Assembly (NCBI RefSeq): GCF_006345805.1
Contig: NC_043000.1
Location: forward strand, 163,742,001-163,806,000
DNA length: 64,000 bases
DNA from: Octopus sinensis
Lineage: Eukaryota
Reading direction: 5' to 3'
Of this stretch, positions 26,544-39,745 are shown one piece after another. A program made the position numbers and the translations under genes. How positions within the stretch are numbered: position 1 is the stretch's first letter; every line of letters starts with the position of its first letter. The notes under the pieces were generated by a model, which saw only the letters and a program-made list of their open reading frames with translations, had not been told where the DNA came from and ran no database searches.

Positions 26544-26902
26544 AACAAGAGCACTTAGAGGGTGGCAAACCTCCGCCAAGGCAACATCAACGTCTTCTCA
26601 ATGATTAGCCAGAAATGATTTTTAAAATGAGAGTATCTGAAGTAAACTCGATTGCTCTCACAAACGAGAATACTAAAACTGAACCCGACCGCTCTCAAAA
26701 ATTAAGTAAAAAAAAAAACGGAAACATTATCCAGAATCCTTGTCCCAAAATCTAATCAATCGTACCAGTCACGAGGCCAAGCATCTGTGAAAGTTTCCTC
26801 CGAATCCATCCAGCAATTCTTGAGATACCTTGTCCACGGACAAACAAGCAAGCAAATATGACTGAAAACAATACCTCCAACTTCGCTAAGGCAGAGGTAA
26901 TA
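26544..26902. mobile_element. Non-autonomous Helentron-associated (HINE/DINE-1-like) element
   Basis: 5' subterminal acctccgccaagg (26569-26581); 3' ggcagaggt (26890-26898) inside hairpin acctc...gaggt; (ACAA)n-like tract before the 3' end. Confidence 0.65.
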
Positions 26903-27037
26903 ATAATATATATATTCCGGCTTAAAGTGAGATTGGAAACGAATGACTGAAAAATGATGAGCTAACCCAGGCCAGAACTGAACGCACAAATCAACGCTTA
27001 CACGGCTCATCGCGCATCCGATTGGGTCAACACGATC

Positions 27038-27089
<52 letters not shown>

Positions 27090-27098
27090 CGTGTTGAC

Positions 27099-27142
<44 letters not shown>

Positions 27143-27467
27143 TAATGTGAACTTAGAGGTATATCATCCGGGCGGATACGATGGTAGCTCTCAGTTATGT
27201 TCCAGGTTACGGCTAACCGCATCGATTAGTATTTAACGTCTGTGACTACTATGAGTTGTCACTTAGGTGCAGGGTGATTCCGTTCTCCCTTCTGTGGATG
27301 GTAATTTTTTCTATGCTAGCAATAATTATAGCGGTATAGAATATGGAGACATGTTTATCCTCAAAATTTATTAATGCTTACTCATACACACACGCTTATG
27401 TGCGCACACTCATTCACTCTCTCTCACACGCACATGCACACACACACACACACACATACACACACAC

Positions 27468-27516
<49 letters not shown>

Positions 27517-27585
27517 AAGCCTATTTAAATTTTTATAATTTCAATTTCATACAGCATATTTTTATGATTATTTTAATATGGTGTA

Positions 27586-27623
<38 letters not shown>

Positions 27624-27714
27624 TGTGTGTGTGTGACACCATATTTTTGTAGCTATCTTAATATGCTGTATGAATAAATGTGTGTGTGTATGTGTGTAAA
27701 TATGATATACATGC

Positions 27715-27857
<143 letters not shown>

Positions 27858-28849
27858 TGCGTCGCTGGTTAGCTATATCGTCGTTACGAACAGAAAATTC
27901 CTACACAAATGTTTTAAATAGTACAATTCAAACATGAAGCATCGTCTCTCTCTCTCTCTCTCTCTCTCACACACGCACGCACACGTCTATTATCCCTCAT
28001 CATGCCACTAAATCTGACAGTCCACAGCAATTGTGATTATCAGCGTGTTAGCACTTAGCTACTTCGAAGTCAAACGAGACGCGTTGAGACCACTCAAAGA
28101 AAATATGAAGGGTCTCTTCATATGGACACTTTTCACGAGATTTACACTTTGACACCGTTATTTCATATCAGTTGAAATAGGCTTACGTGTGAGTGTATGT
28201 ATGTGCATGTGTGTGGGAGAGTGAGTGAGTGTGCGCACGTGAGCCTGTGTGTGTATGAGTAAGCATTAATAGAACTGATATGCAAGTATGCAGATGTATA
28301 TAATCGAATCCAGAACTATATGCGTGACATCAGTAGTCATTTCTAGATAATATACATGTATATACATGCATTACTTTATAAAATTCCATGCGTTATTATA
28401 CATTATATATATATAATATATATAATATATATATATAGATATTATATATATATATGTACATACATATACATACATACATACATACATATACATACATACA
28501 TACACAAACACATACATGTATGTCAGTATGTTTGTGTATTTGCATTAAGATGTGTTTCTCTCTCTCTCTCTCTTTGCGCCACTGCAAGTCGAAAAATCGA
28601 TAACAATAAATTCGCTCCTGACACAAATGTGTCAAGACGATTTCATTGTTTGGGGGTGGAAAGAAGAGAAGTTAACATAAATGTTATTGTCTTGTGGTAT
28701 ATAGAGGCAATGAGGAAGACTCTACTTCTGCTAGAAATAGTAACCAAATCACATTTAAGCCACATCCTTTCAACGATGTTCAAGTTTTGATAATTATCCT
28801 CTATATGCTCGACTAAAACCTGTTACAATGACACATCTTTAAGTCGATG

Positions 28850-29040
28850 AAATGGCAGAATCGTTTATGCGACAGACAAAATGCTTAGCAGCATTTCTTT
28901 CGGCCTTGCATTCTGAGGTTGACCTTGCCTTTCATCCTTTCGGGGCCAGTAAAATAAGTACCGGTTGCACTATGGTCAATGGAATCCACTAGCCCTCCCC
29001 AGAAAATATTAAGCTTTGTACTTATATCAGAAAGAACTGC
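28850..29040 (+). mobile_element. Family B SINE
   Basis: tggcagaatcgtt...aaatgcttagcagcatttc...gaccttgcctttcatcctttcgggg..taaaataagtacc. Confidence 0.85.
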
Positions 29041-31312
29041 TGTAGTGCTGTTGAAGCAAAGCTAAACTTTAGGTTAACATAACAATCTTGCGTTGCACTT
29101 TCTTGATTGGTTAAAGAATGAACTTTACATAGAGATCACTAACACATCACCTCAACATTAATCGCTACAAAACCCTTCAAGAGAGCCTCACTATGCAAAC
29201 TGTTCTGTTTCCTAAAATGGCAGCGAAATTTCATTCAATCACACCCCACGTCATTAAAATGTACACATTAGATAATATGATACTCGGTGAGTGTAGCTCT
29301 AAAAAATCTACAGCATTGTCACAGCAGTACCGTATACTTTGGCCAAAGGTTTCTATGATCAGTACTACTCTGGGATTAAGCAACAAGTTACTGTTGCTAC
29401 CACTGCAATCGAACATTCTGCATGCTGCAGACACCATTATAGATGTCTCCTACATCACAATTCCATCACCCGAGTAACTATAACTTCTAACATAAAACCT
29501 CATTCACGTCCTTCTTTGCTATCACTCATATTACCTTTATAATTTCCTCTGAGAGAATGCACTGATTTGATCTGAAAGGAAGTGCGCTCAAGTCACCTTC
29601 AAATCATACTCTGATGTCTTAAAAAATAATGAAAGAATACATTCAAGCTCACTTTCTGCCCATCATATTTAGGCAGAAGGACTTATTATGTTAAAGTAGA
29701 GAGAGTGCCACGAAGGTTGGTCATCTGGTGCTAGCTGGACTGAGAACTCTTGGTGGGTAGCAACACACTCCTCTGCGTAAAGTGTACAGAGGAGTTTGAG
29801 CTTGTTACAGTAGATTATCGTGATTATTGTGTTACAGCTGATTAAGTGATTCCGCAGAAATTGAATGAAGTGTACTATGAAACTCTACGTTCCCCATTCT
29901 TAGTCCTAAACCTATCACCAAACATCTAACACTTTTACAAGCATTTCCATAACTTCCTGCTAAAGAAGGCTTCCAACAACCTGGCAGCAACTCAGAATGC
30001 TTTCGAAGACTCCAAGACTCTAAAAGTTTATGCTAATTTGTTGATGGCGTTAACAATGTGATTTAAATGAGTTGATTTCGGTCTTGAATTGAAATTTGGC
30101 AAAGATAGGTAACTTAAAACTCAGGCCCTACTGTACGTTACTCACCATTAAGCTAAAAAGACTGACATTAATGTCTGAAAATAGATTTACTCAGATGGTA
30201 TAAACTTAAGTAGATATCGAACGTCAAGTTAATTATAATTAGCTGTATCCATTAAAGGGTGATTTGCTCTATTAATTTTGGTGTATAGAGGAAATGGTAT
30301 CTGTACCAGCGGTGAGTTCCTCGGAATTATTAAATGCATTCAATATGGGAAAATGCTTTACTCGTGAATGGAAACCTCGTCATAGCCTCGATTTGTTCGG
30401 AGAATAATACTCGATCGTACGGCGTTTGCCACCCGTGAACTGAGGAGCAACAAAGTTCTAACGATTTATTTATTTATTTAATTTTTATTCATTTATTTAT
30501 TTATTTATTTTTTGTCATGCAAAAAGGATGCAAGAGTTTTCAGCTAATTTAATTCATTTAGATTAGGTAGGGGAAATCAAAAATAAAGATAGAACAAGGG
30601 GGGAAAAAACTTGGGCGGATAGAAAAATGATTTGAATGGCTAATCTGTGAAGTAGCTGGGGTCTTTTATATATTTGATTTCAATGGATATTTAAAGAAAT
30701 AAAACTAAAACATGGTGTGTTTTATATAGCTAATGTACTTGAAGATCTAACGTTTAATTTTCAATGTAATTAAAAGAAACTTTTGAAGAATCAAAATAGA
30801 GTCAGGGATGGGGAGAAGGATGAGGAATAGGGAGGAAGATGTATGAAATAAATGATAGAACAGAATGGTTTAAGGAAATGATTATTATGCGAATGGAAAC
30901 AGGATTCTGAAAGTAGCTATCAAGCATTTATATACAAGGGCGTGCGCGCATACATATGTGCGTGTGTCCTCGTCTATAGTTATACACATACGCATTACAT
31001 ACATGTATTCATGTATACGTTTGTAAATATTTATGTATATACATATACAGTGATACTTACGCATAACTCCCCCTATTCGTACACACACACACACACACAT
31101 ACATATATGTATATGGGCGTGTGTGTGCGTGCTTATATATACTATGAGTATGTCTCTGTGTTTGAGGGTGAATCTATGTATGCGTATGTATATTTCAACT
31201 ATTATAGGTTAAAGAGCAACACTTTCTTGTATATTAAAGATTTTCTACAGCGTACAAAATACAAAATGAACGCCATCGATTTTTGCAACATAACATTTAT
31301 TGAGTTCATATA

Positions 31313-31359
<47 letters not shown>

Positions 31360-32229
31360 TCTCACACACGTGTATGTATGTATATTTATATATGTCCACA
31401 GATTCATGTCAAAATCCTGCTCCGCTCCGCCGACCCTCCCAATTTCTCGCTTGTATGCAGTGCAGTCTTTTTAACTACGGCATTAAATCTACAAACCTCG
31501 AGGATCGGCCGAGTAAAGCATCGTCATCCAGCGACTAGATCCAAATACATGTTTTGAGAACTTTCTCCAGTTTCTACACCCAAATGAATATATATATATA
31601 CATACATGCATTTATTCATGCGTGTATGTAAACTCACACGCACACACACATTCCCACATTAATTCATATGCACGAATGCATACACTCATACATGCATAGG
31701 ATATGACATAGAGATCCACACCCTTTGACTTCTCTCGACGCAATGGGTTTCTTCTTTTATCATCTTCTTCCCTCCTTCTCCCGTTTTTCCTGGTCCTTTC
31801 TCCTCTTTTTCCACTATCTGAAGAAGGATAATATCCGAAATGCTATAGCCGTTAACTCTTATTCCCCCCTCGAGCCTCAAATAAATAAAATTGATTATGA
31901 GCTGATCCAGTCCTTTTGCTTGGGTTTTTGTATTTTGACTTTCGTTCGTTGCGGTATAAACATATACACGAAGCATACACGCTCGCGGGAGAGAGACAGA
32001 GAGAGAAAGGGAGAGGCAGATATATGCATAAATGTATAAATAAAGTGAGAAAGGGATACATAAATAAACAGAGAGAGAGAGAGAGAGAGATGTTCAGATG
32101 AATGACTGCGTGTAGTACCATGCAAGCCAATACCACTCGTCTTATGGTTGATCCGTCGCTAACTATATCAGATAAACAGCGTGCATGAACACACTCCGGG
32201 ACTAAAACAAAAGTTACCAAAAGAACAGA

Positions 32230-32420
32230 AGAAACCTTTGGACCAACAGTCATTCATTGCATCTGTTTCCACTTTCAACTGTCGAGGTCTTCTTAATATT
32301 GATAGAGCATCTAAAGCTGTCACTTTTGGTGATATTAAAATGGGTGACAAATTTGGTTACGAGTTCATAAGAAACGTGTTCAGACGTCTTAGAATAACGG
32401 ATACAAAGTGTTAATGTATC
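32230..32420 (+). mobile_element. Possible apurinic-like endonuclease N-terminus of a decayed LINE
   Basis: SVSTFNCRGLLN resembles the first APE motif (TFNxRGL); downstream motifs are not clearly recoverable. Confidence 0.3.
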
Positions 32421-33519
32421 TTATCAAAACAATGATTCCGTCAAAAATACATTTTGTTTCAGCCTCCCACTCAGCAATATTATGTATAAAGGGGATATTG
32501 GATTGGAAGAACGCTTTGAAAAGTATGAACACAGATGTAAATGTGAGTTCGATGAGTGAAGACAGTTAAATTCGAGTGCTAGCGTGGTACTGGTAGCAAG
32601 GTATGTCGGTGGAAATAACATCAAAAAGTTGTTGTTATTGCTGGTGCTGTTGTTTAGTGCTAAGTCAAACGCGATCGAGAAAGTTAAAGACTGAAAGGTT
32701 TCTGTCCGTGGCACTCGTGTCTTTTTTCTTTTTTTTTTCTTCTTTTTATATGGAGCAGTGTGGGATATGAAAGAGATTTGGCTGCTACATAGCAGACTGA
32801 GTAATGACACAGAAACCTTTCTTGCTGGCTTTAAGATCAACATATCAGTTACAAAAGCGAATATGGTACTAGATTTTATCAGAAAAAAGATAAGTCTTAG
32901 GTTCAATGTAATTGAACGAACCTACATGAATGCACATGTTCTAGAAAGGCATTCTGAAATATTTCATCTTTTTTATAAAGACAAGTGCCATGTATTTCTT
33001 AAAGGAAGGGACCAGGAACCATGTACTTTACACTTTTCTTAAAGGAATTGACGTTGAAAGTAATATAGGCCTTCATGTCGATTTGTAGTTTTCTATAAAC
33101 AGAGGTATAACTCACACCCCACCCCGAGATTGAAACTTCACCGCTGACGAAGTCTCTGTAAATTCCTATGTAAATTAATATGTAAGAGCAAAACAGTCGT
33201 TTAATATATGCTTAATGCCTAAGAATCTGTAAAGTTAATGATTAATCACTTTTGTTGGAATAGATGCTCTGGCACATGCAGGTTCTGGAGTACTTACAAT
33301 TCCCCTTTGATACTAAATGTGTTTCCCATCAATTCTCTACTGAATTAATGAAATAATCTTATAGTTATATAATTTCAACAGTAAGGGGTTAGCTATTAAC
33401 TGCAGTGAGATACGAACTGTGGGTAACCCACACAAGGCAAAAAGTGTAATGTTAAATAAAGTTTATTTGAGAGCTATTTAATTTCCGAATTAAATTACAT
33501 ATGTATGTATTAATATTGG

Positions 33520-33690
33520 TTTCAAATTTTGGCACCAAACCAGGAATATCTAAGAGGGAGTAAATCGATTACATCGACCCTAGTACTCAACTGGTACTTA
33601 TTTTATCGACCCCAGAAAGAATGAAATGCAAAGTCAGCTTCGGCGGAATTTGAACTCAGAATGTAAAGACGGAAGAAAGTAGATTAACAA
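33520..33690 (-). mobile_element. Family B SINE
   Basis: cgaccctagtactcaactggtacttattttatcgaccccagaaagaatgaaatgcaaagtc..cggcggaatttgaactcagaatgtaaagac. Confidence 0.9.
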
Positions 33691-33774
33691 GTTTATTTTT
33701 TGAGCCTGTGGAAGACACACGAGATGTCGAAATATCGTTCACTTGATAACAATGGCACTCTTTCCTTTTTGGGT

Positions 33775-34125
<351 letters not shown>

Positions 34126-34129
34126 ACAA

Positions 34130-34780
34130 GGAGCAAGGCAGCAAGCTGGCAGAATAGTTAGCACATTCAACAAAATGCTGAGCGGCATTTGGTCCGCCTT
34201 TACGTTCTGAGCTCAATTTTCACCGAGGCTGACTTTACCTTTCATCATTTCGGGATCGATAAAATAAGTGCCGGTTGAACCCTTGAGTCGATGGAATCAA
34301 CCACCCCTATCCTCCAGAATTTCAAGCCTTGTGCTTTCAGTGGAAAAGATTATTATAGGCAGCGAAGTGACGGAATCATTAACGCGTTGGATAAAATATT
34401 TAGCGTCATTTCTTCTGGTTCTTTCTGTTCCGAGTTCAAATTCCACCGAGGTCAACTTTGTTTTTCATCCTCCCTGAGTCGACAAAATAAGTATAAATGA
34501 AGTACTGGAGTCGATGTAAATCGATTGCCCCTTCCTTCAATGTCCTTGGCCTTGTGTCAAAATTAGAAAGTTCTATTATTACAGGCGGCGAATTGACAAT
34601 ATTTGTTCCAGTTCTCTATATTCTGAGTTCGAATTCCACTGAGGTCATCTATACTTTTGATCCTTCTGGGGTCAATAAAATGAAGTACTGCTCAAGTATT
34701 GACAGTCATAATATTGACTAACATACTCTCTTCAAAATGATTGACCTTGTTCCTAAACCAGGAATATTTGCCACATTTAT
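34130..34780 (+). mobile_element. Three consecutive family B SINE copies
   Basis: Head, gagttc(a/g)aattccac.gaggtc, core and tail repeat at ~34130-34350, 34360-34585 and 34585-34780. Confidence 0.85.
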
Positions 34781-35411
34781 TTAGTATTGCCAGAACATGA
34801 AGCTTCTGGGAGGGAAAATGTACCCTTGCGGTATTCAAATACAGAGAATATTGAAAAGAAATTTAATATTGAACGCACCAATATGGTATTGTTGCTTAGC
34901 CCAATCGGACCAAATCGAGCAGAATAATAAAACTCCAGCTGGAAGAATTTTTCTTTTTTTTCGCTTAAAAGAACATTATATTTTGTCACCTCTTTTCTGA
35001 CGCTAGGGTGTGATTCGAGAGAGATTGAACTGTTATTTTAGTAGGTCTATGCTCATGCTCTTTAGCTGGCTCATCTGCATTTATTTTATTAGTATTGTGA
35101 TATAATATAGCTTGGCTAAATTCGAACCTACGTCTTTCTTCCTCCAGTTAATTGCTTCTGGTTCATGATGCATGTGGTGGCGCACGTGTGCCTATGTACG
35201 TGTGTTCTGTGTATCTATGCGTGGTCGCATGCATGCGTGTGGTTGTGTGGTTGTGTGTGTATGTGTGCCTGAGTGTTTGTGTGTGTGTGTGTGTGTGTGA
35301 TTCCAGCAAAGAGCAGGCACAGATATTTATGTTTATAATTTTGACGTCCTCTTGAAAATGTCACAAAATATCTCACGAATATACACATATATACGTGTGT
35401 ATGTATGTGTT

Positions 35412-35455
<44 letters not shown>

Positions 35456-35599
35456 ATATAATGCGTGTGTGTGCGTATACGTGTGTATGTGTGTATACTC
35501 AAATATGTATACATGAACACACGCATGCACACACTCACTCTCTCTTTCTCTGATACTCACACGCGCACACACATCTGATATCTTAGAAAACTTGAGACA

Positions 35600-36260
35600 T
35601 AAAAGACTGGGGTAAAGTATACTCCAAGCATAAAGGTTTACAGCTGTTACACTTGGCTAGAATCGCTTGAAGATAAAGCATGTTATATTTCTATATTTGT
35701 TACCAAAATTTATGTTGGAAAACGGATGAAAGTGTCAAGAGATATGTACTTGAGGACTGCTAACAGAGATAACAAAACACATTATAAATATATGATATAT
35801 GATGGCCTAATATTAAACTAGCACTAAACCATTTTTGAGAGTCTTCAGACTAAAATTAGGGTGGAGGGAATCAATACATTCTTTCATATGAGATATTGTG
35901 TACGTGTATAAGTACGTGTATGTGTGTGAGTGTGAGTAACTGGAGACAATATGGATATTCTAAAGAAACATTAATAGCATTATTTCTGGTGCCAGTATTT
36001 GGTCACGAGAGTATGCATGTACAGGTATAACGGGTGAGATTATGCCGAGCATTAGGAAATAATGACATAAAAGAAATGATACAAACATGTAACAGAAACT
36101 GGCTAAGTGACCATATTATTGGATATGCTCAGAGAAATCTTGAGAAATCAGTCGGATATTCTTGGTAAGAATCGTCAGAGATTGGAGTACCTCCTGATCT
36201 AAGTATCGGTCCCAAAAGACGTTAATGTATCTCAAACGAATACTGACTGATTTTCCAAAT
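35600..36260 (+). mobile_element. Possible highly decayed R4/Dong-like LINE pieces
   Basis: Weak matches to the HLLYMDD and KNLEK..DILG..RLEYL motifs. Confidence 0.25.
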
Positions 36261-36539
36261 AGCTGAGAATGGAGATAACCAGAATGAGGAGATTGAAAAC
36301 GGAAACAATTCCTTTAATAATAAGCGCATTGGGAATGGATAAAGTTGTACAAATACGAAACTAAGACCTCGAGATTTATAACATGCAGTGCACACATGTT
36401 GCGATAGAAACTATGAAAATACAGAACAAAACGGAACAAAGCTGCAGAGAACTGCACATTGTTATGCATGGAAACTAAGGGAAAAGAAAATAAAATCACT
36501 GAGAGAAAAGAAATAATAATGGTTTTTGAGATCGGTACA

Positions 36540-36870
36540 AAATTTCAGTTGTCCAGGTTGAGCAGAATCGATTTAATCGACTCCGATACTCAACTGGTAT
36601 CGACTTCTAGAGGATAAGAAACAATGTCAACCATTTTATTCTTTTGCCATAAAAGCTGCGAATAAGGGATCAACATAAGAAGTGAATTGGAATAGTCATT
36701 AGACTCGCAGATAAAATACCTTGCGATCTCTGTTCCGAATTTCTGCACACTGAGGTCAAATTCCGCCAACGTAGAAAAAATATTGCCTTCCATCCTTTTG
36801 GGGTCGATCAAAGGTATCGACCCAGGCCAATGAAGAGACAGAACTGTAAGAATATCGAACCTTGCAGTCT
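36540..36870 (-). mobile_element. Decayed family B SINE(s)
   Basis: aggtcaaattccgcc, ccttccatccttttggggtcgat, gtcgatttaatcgact motifs. Confidence 0.6.
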
Positions 36871-39309
36871 TTGTGTTCGATGCTATACAAATCCCATTAT
36901 GGCCTACTTGGGTGGAACACATGATCTGTCACGGATCTTCGGATTTAACCCACTACATGGTAAATCGAATGACTTTAGCGGAGTTCATTCTTCTGCATAA
37001 ATCCGAGCCTGGTCCCCAGTTTGAGTATACCTTTTTTCTCTTCCTCGAAGTAATTTTAAAGGACTTGTTTAGCGTCATAGATACTGCCCTTCCCTCTTGA
37101 CTTAAAGATTATATATATATATATACATGAAAATAACAGTATGAAAAAAAAACTAAGTAAATAAGACGGCCCTGCGTGGGGAAAGAATTAGAGAGTAAAC
37201 GAAAGAAAGCCACAAGTTTGGGATTGGCGACCAGTCAAGTATTTTTGTGGAAGACTATCAAGCTTTTTATTTCTCCGCTATTAATGTCCAAGGGAAAGGT
37301 AATACCGACACACTGTGGCAATTTTACGGTCAGATTTCCAAGGTTCAAAATACTGAAAGCCATTCCGTCTAATGCCTTAGCCGTCCTGTCAGACTTCCGC
37401 TCAGGATTGATACCATTTTTTAAATCATCCTGGAAGCAGAATTTGAACTTAGAGTGCAGATCATCGGAATATATACCACGTGGCATTTTATACAAACCTC
37501 TAATGAATTTGCCATCAGCCCCGCTTTTCTCCGGTCTATTGCTAGTTCCGACAGGTATTCCCTAGTACACTGGCAAACAATTTTATTGTGTGCGTGTATG
37601 CGTGGGTGCGCGCACGTGTGTGTGTGTGTGCGTGTGTGTGTGTGTCTGTCTTTAAAACCTGAATGACAGACAAACCATACCAGGCAATTTGTTCCTCGCA
37701 CAGTACACACTGTTGGCGCATTCAACCACTGTTATGTGCTTTTCGCAACTCATCCCATTTCCTTGCGTGAGTCACAGCAAACAGTTAAGTCAAACACCAC
37801 AGTACACTACTGTCTGTAGCTTATTACTACAGTCTCTAACCACAAACTGTAGAGCAAAATGACATTGGAAAGCTAAACGCATCTTCCTGGAATCGAATAA
37901 CACTCGCCAGTACTGCTCCGCCAAAAACTGAACTGTGACTTTGTTGTTATGTCGCCCCACTACCAACTATGTTCAGCTGACGGCTTTACTGTTTGTCATA
38001 TCTCATAGCGTGCGCCTTAGCTCTGAAAATGTAACCTTTATGTTTCAATAGGATGAAGGGACATCTTCCTGCTCATACGTGAGTCAGAAGTGAAACCTTT
38101 CTTCTTTCTCTATTCTAATTTTCTCACTAGCTCACTCGCAGAGCTATTTTTAGCTATGGTTATTCATCAAATAAATCTTATCAATTTTCCCTCAGTCCCC
38201 CTTTTCGAGGTGTCCTACCACTAGCTATTGCCACTCTTTCTCGTCAACTTCCATTAAACTAAATCACTAACCAGAAGGCTCTGGTCGGAAATGACGCTTT
38301 CTGTTTCCAGTAACCGAGTCCCTGTCTATTCGTTCTGTCCTGATCAACCGTGCAAATCGCAAATATAGGAACTGTGTAGCCAAACATTTGGAATTTTAAA
38401 CAACTTACGCTGTTCCTGTTCGTTGACCCAGCACACATTCTATCTAGATGAAACTAGACGGCCGGAAGACTTTGCTTTATGGCTTCAGTGGCACCTTGAA
38501 GACATTCAAATAGTATTTTTCAGACATTTGGAGAAGGCTTGAGAGGCATTACAACCCAAGACTATCCCACAGTGCATCTGGAATACCATTCTAGTCTCTG
38601 TCATATGTGCTAACTCTCGGATGCAGGAAAATAATTCGTACAAGGGATACAAACCTCTTCGAAGCAAATCTTCTCGTTGGCCATGGCATCCGAGAGGCGT
38701 GACCGTAAAAATTCGGAGGGTGGCAACTTACCCTCAGTAAATTTGTAGCAATTTATTTTTATTGAACTTATCCTCGGATTCATGAAAAACAAAGTCGCTC
38801 TGAGTAAGATTTGATCCCATAACCAAACTTATCGTAATTAAAACATCATCAATGAAACATCAAACATCAATAAGGAGAAAAGGGACGAAAAGGGAAAAAG
38901 CGGGGAGAAAGAGACACGAAAGAATGGAATAAAGATTAAATTCTCACCTTTTTCCACTTTATAGGTTACGTTGAAAAGTATATTTAACTGCCAAACACTT
39001 GCTATTGATGTCCAATTAATGTGCCGTAACGTTATGCTTGACACCTCACCGAATTCCATCGTGACATATCACACCTTGAACTGGCTCTTCAGGTGACAAC
39101 CGGAAACTTGCGACAATACGTTTCGTTAATGCTGTGTTTCTTTTAATACGGATGGGGTTTTCAGTGATGCGTGCAAATACATCATTAACATGACATGTCT
39201 TACACACATGTAAATAATACTGACACACAGGCATACATATACTTACACAAAAAAAACTGTAGAGATACAAACATACCTACATACGCACACACAAACACAC
39301 ACATGTATG

Positions 39310-39354
<45 letters not shown>

Positions 39355-39507
39355 ATTCACACACAAGCACATGCATATTTGTGTGTGTGTGAAAGAGAGA
39401 GAGGGGGAGCAAATGGCCTAGTGGGTAGTGTGTTGCACTCACGATCATACGTCGGTATATATATGTATATATATATACATCCATACACATACACACAGGC
39501 ACACACA

Positions 39508-39591
39508 CATGCATGTATACATACATACATACATACATACATACATACATACATGCATACACACACACACATACATACATACATACATACA

Positions 39592-39625
<34 letters not shown>

Positions 39626-39745
39626 CATACATACACACACATACACATACACACATACATACATGCATACATACATATATACATGCATACATACATACAT
39701 ACATACATACATACATACATACATACATACATACATACATACATA
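39508..39745. repeat. (TACA)n array at the 3' end of the CR1 copy
   Basis: Directly visible. Confidence 0.95.

Noticed and set aside
33144-33200. CTGACGA..agtctc...gagc-AAAAC-agtc hammerhead-like relic
   Set aside because: G12 mutated and stem I cannot pair; too decayed to call
38735-38802. Minus-strand candidate exon ending GAGG|GTAAGT
   Set aside because: Weak acceptor, unrecognisable peptide, not frame-preserving
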